A stretch of DNA of 64,000 bases from an uncultured Nitrospiraceae bacterium (GTDB taxonomy: Bacteria > Nitrospirota > Nitrospiria > Nitrospirales > Nitrospiraceae): contig CAWJWJ010000001.1 in NCBI GenBank assembly GCA_963846575.1, positions 192,001-256,000 of the forward strand, given 5' to 3'. Positions 61,613-64,000 of the stretch are shown here, piece after piece. Positions within the stretch are counted from its first letter, which is position 1. Each line of letters opens with the position of its first letter. The position numbers and the translations under genes were made by a program. The notes below the pieces were generated by a model. The model saw only the letters and a list, made by a program, of their open reading frames with translations, was not told the origin of the DNA and made no database searches.

Positions 61613-62305
61613 TTAGCGTGGCAACGGTGTCAGGTCCTCGCCGGCTTCAGAACCTGCCACGCTGCCCATGGCTTCGACCTTGTATCCCCGGGCCAGACGG
61701 TTGAGGACTTCGGCTAGTGTCTCGAGCGGGAAGGTTCCTTTGACATCATCGAAATGCAACGCGTTTAAAGGCATGTACGGCATGTAGGCTTCGTCGGGGT
61801 CTTGTACGACCGCGAGTCCCCGGGCTTCGCGGATGGCGATCATTCCACTCAGGCCATCCTGGCCGCACCCGGTCAATAAGGCACCCACCACGCGTTCACC
61901 ATAAGTCTTCGCGGCTGAGCGAAAGAGCGGATCGACGGCAGGCCGAGTGCTATGTTCCCGCGGTCCGCGCTGCACCTCTATGCCGGTTTTCAGGAAGAGC
62001 ATGTGATGATCCGCCGGGGCGAGATAAATCACGCCCGGCCGCGCTTGCTCTCCAGACTGCGGTTCGACGAGCGGCAAGAGGGACCGTCTCCCCAGGACCG
62101 TCGCCAAGAGCCCCGGCATGGCGCCGCGGTGGAGGACACAACCGATGACGGCAGGCAGATCCGCCGGCAGCAGCGCAAACAACCGCTGCAGGGCCGTGAC
62201 GCCGCCCGCCGAGGCACCGATGACGATCACGTCACGCGGTATCTCTTCCATATTCAGCGCGCCTCCCTGTCCGGGACTTTGTTGCGGGGCACTGATCTTC
62301 GTCAT
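61613..62305 (-). CDS. cheB: Stand-alone CheB methylesterase domain protein (no receiver)
   Basis: GASAGG, VLH, RPAVDPLFRSAA, LTGCGQDG, QDP..A..P.MP. Confidence 0.9.
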   Translation of the reverse strand: MTKISAPQQSPGQGGALNMEEIPRDVIVIGASAGGVTALQRLFALLPADLPAVIGCVLHRGAMPGLLATVLGRRSLLPLVEPQSGEQARPGVIYLAPADHHMLFLKTGIEVQRGPREHSTRPAVDPLFRSAAKTYGERVVGALLTGCGQDGLSGMIAIREARGLAVVQDPDEAYMPYMPLNALHFDDVKGTFPLETLAEVLNRLARGYKVEAMGSVAGSEAGEDLTPLPR

Positions 62306-62670
62306 CTGTTCGACTCCAGCACATGGGTGGCTTCAATCATGGCACGAACGGCCTCGTACTGCTGTTCGACTTCGCGTAGCCGGTGCTGTACGTTTTCACG
62401 CGCGATTCCATCGGGCAGCACCTCGTCCTTCAACAGGTCGTCGTACAGCAACCGGAGCTGCCGTAACTGGACGACCGCCGCCCATAACGTGAATTCCAGG
62501 CGGTCTTCTTTGGCCCGGTACAGACTCGTAATCGAATACCGGTGATCGATCTGACATGCATATGATTTTTGCGCCCGCGGACCTTCTGCGTGCAGGCTGA
62601 GCACGCCGCCGCAATCCGGACAAGATAAGGGCGCCAAGCGTGGCTCGGAATCAGGAGATGATGCGGACAT
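62302..62670 (-). CDS. Zinc-ribbon/helical protein resembling the C-terminal extension of stand-alone CheB proteins
   Basis: LSCPDCGGVL..YACQIDHRYS..LE..LWAAV; ATGA overlap with cheB. Start could be 62688. Confidence 0.7.
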   Translation of the reverse strand: MSASSPDSEPRLAPLSCPDCGGVLSLHAEGPRAQKSYACQIDHRYSITSLYRAKEDRLEFTLWAAVVQLRQLRLLYDDLLKDEVLPDGIARENVQHRLREVEQQYEAVRAMIEATHVLESNR

Positions 62671-62940
62671 GGGAGGCCGGGGCTTCATAGCTAAGGTATC
62701 GAGGGCGCAGAATAGGCAGTTTCTCCAGGACAACCAACTAGTAACTTGCCTAGTCGGCCTTCGTCCCGCGAGTGGTCAGGATGACCTTAATGAGGTAATT
62801 GGCCACATGACCAGTGCATGGTGCTGTCCCGTATCGCCCCATCCGCAGCGGGCAGGGGGGGTGACAGATGGAACGGTGACCGGCACGCTGAATGGATGAA
62901 CCCGGGGGCTCCCGCGGATAGGGCCGGCAGACGTGTTCTC

Positions 62941-62956
62941 TGGCACCCGGCCTGCA
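62941..62956 (+). promoter_or_regulatory. Possible sigma-54 promoter of the phosphoribosyltransferase gene
   Basis: TGGCACC-CGGC-CTGCA with GG-N10-GC spacing. Confidence 0.4.
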
Positions 62957-63049
62957 TCAGGTCAATGCCGTTCCCCCGATCCCCGCCATGGCCGGGGACC
63001 GGGGGTCCGCTTTCCGGAGCCCGCGAGGAGCCGGTCGACGAAGCGGAGG

Positions 63050-63763
63050 ATGATGTTCAAAAACCGTGAAGACGCAGGTCGACTCCTGGCGCAGGCCCTT
63101 TCGCCCTGGATGGATGATCCGCAGGCCATCCTGCTCGCGCTTCCCAGGGGCGGAGTGGTCGTGGGGTATCAGTTGAGTCTGGCCCTCCATCTGCCTCTCG
63201 ACGTGTTGATCAGCCGCAAGGTCGGCGCGCCGGGGAATCCGGAATACGCTCTCGGTGCGGTTGGTGAAACCGGGGCCGTCTACTGGAACCGCGAGGCCCT
63301 GGTGGGGCTGGCGCTCTCCGAGCGGGACATCGAGTCCGCCGTGCGGGTGCAGGAACGAGAGGTCGCGAGGCGGGTGGCGCTGTACCGGGCGGGACGAGCG
63401 TTTCCCCGCCTGACCGATCGCACGGTCATCCTCGTCGACGATGGCCTGGCGACCGGCGCCACGTTTTTTGCCTCGGTGGCGACGGTGCGCCGGGAACGTC
63501 CGCGGCTGGTCATCGGGGCCATTCCGGTCGCGCCGCGGACAACCGTGGAGGAAGCCAGACAGGTGGTCGATCGGCTGATCGTCCTGCATGTGCCGGAGCC
63601 CTTCTATGCGGTCGGGAACTTCTACGGGGAGTTCGAGCAGGTCGAAGACGGGCAGGTGTTGCACTATCTGCAATCGGCTGAAGAAACCTTCGCGGCCGGG
63701 AAGCGGCCGCCGCTCGAGTCGCCGGATGGCGGCCAAGCCGGCACGGAAAGGACGCCTCAATGA
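63050..63763 (+). CDS. Phosphoribosyltransferase (Rv0571c/Rv2030c N-terminal type)
   Basis: FKNREDAGRLLA, LPRGGV, RKVGAPGNPEYALGA, LVDDGLATGAT, FYAVGNFY. Confidence 0.92.
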   Translation: MMFKNREDAGRLLAQALSPWMDDPQAILLALPRGGVVVGYQLSLALHLPLDVLISRKVGAPGNPEYALGAVGETGAVYWNREALVGLALSERDIESAVRVQEREVARRVALYRAGRAFPRLTDRTVILVDDGLATGATFFASVATVRRERPRLVIGAIPVAPRTTVEEARQVVDRLIVLHVPEPFYAVGNFYGEFEQVEDGQVLHYLQSAEETFAAGKRPPLESPDGGQAGTERTPQ

Positions 63764-64000
63764 TGAAGAACCGCATGAACCGAGCACATGGCACAGGGGG
63801 AACAGAACCCTCATGCGTGTCTATTTGGAACAGTACAGCTCTCACGGGCTGAAGAAGGCGGACATGCGCAAGGTCTGGAAAAACCTGTTCGAGCAATGTC
63901 AGGAATCAACCAGGATGCACCACCTGTCTCACCTCACCTCAGTGGGATCCGGCCCGGCGACCATCAGTGAGGTGCATGGCACGCGCAGCCTGGGGCCTGT

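Noticed and set aside
63760..64000. Short ORFs at the right edge
   Set aside because: No recognisable motif and truncated context.
1..64000. Mobile elements, prophage, CRISPR arrays, tRNA/rRNA, classic anti-phage defence genes
   Set aside because: No transposase, integrase or cas motifs, repeat-spacer arrays or structural RNA signatures were recognised.

Overview
GC-rich bacterial chromosomal segment. The gene families and small proteins resemble Nitrospira/Nitrospirota, which is an inference and not a database result. I found no rRNA, tRNA, CRISPR array or transposase. The window is dominated by signal transduction and stress or dormancy genes. Signalling: a >1460-aa multi-PAS/GAF sensor running off the left edge, a stressosome rsbR-rsbS-rsbT-rsbX module followed by two hybrid histidine kinases instead of sigB, and two paralogous chemoreceptor-free CheB-CheR-PAS plus HisKA_3 kinase cassettes with NarL-type regulators and a split stand-alone CheB. 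Stress and dormancy: HPF-cold-shock fusion, pncA-pncB, CBS proteins, a phosphoribosyltransferase and an APH-kinase/APS-kinase-like pair next to a GH13 enzyme. A fluoride riboswitch precedes a cation:proton antiporter. There are several signs of decay: an acsA'-'pdhC deletion chimera, frameshifted CBS and FmdB remnants, and intact ORFs lacking catalytic residues. A recurring 18-bp CTAGGG-N4-CCCTAG-like palindrome lies upstream of several signalling units.
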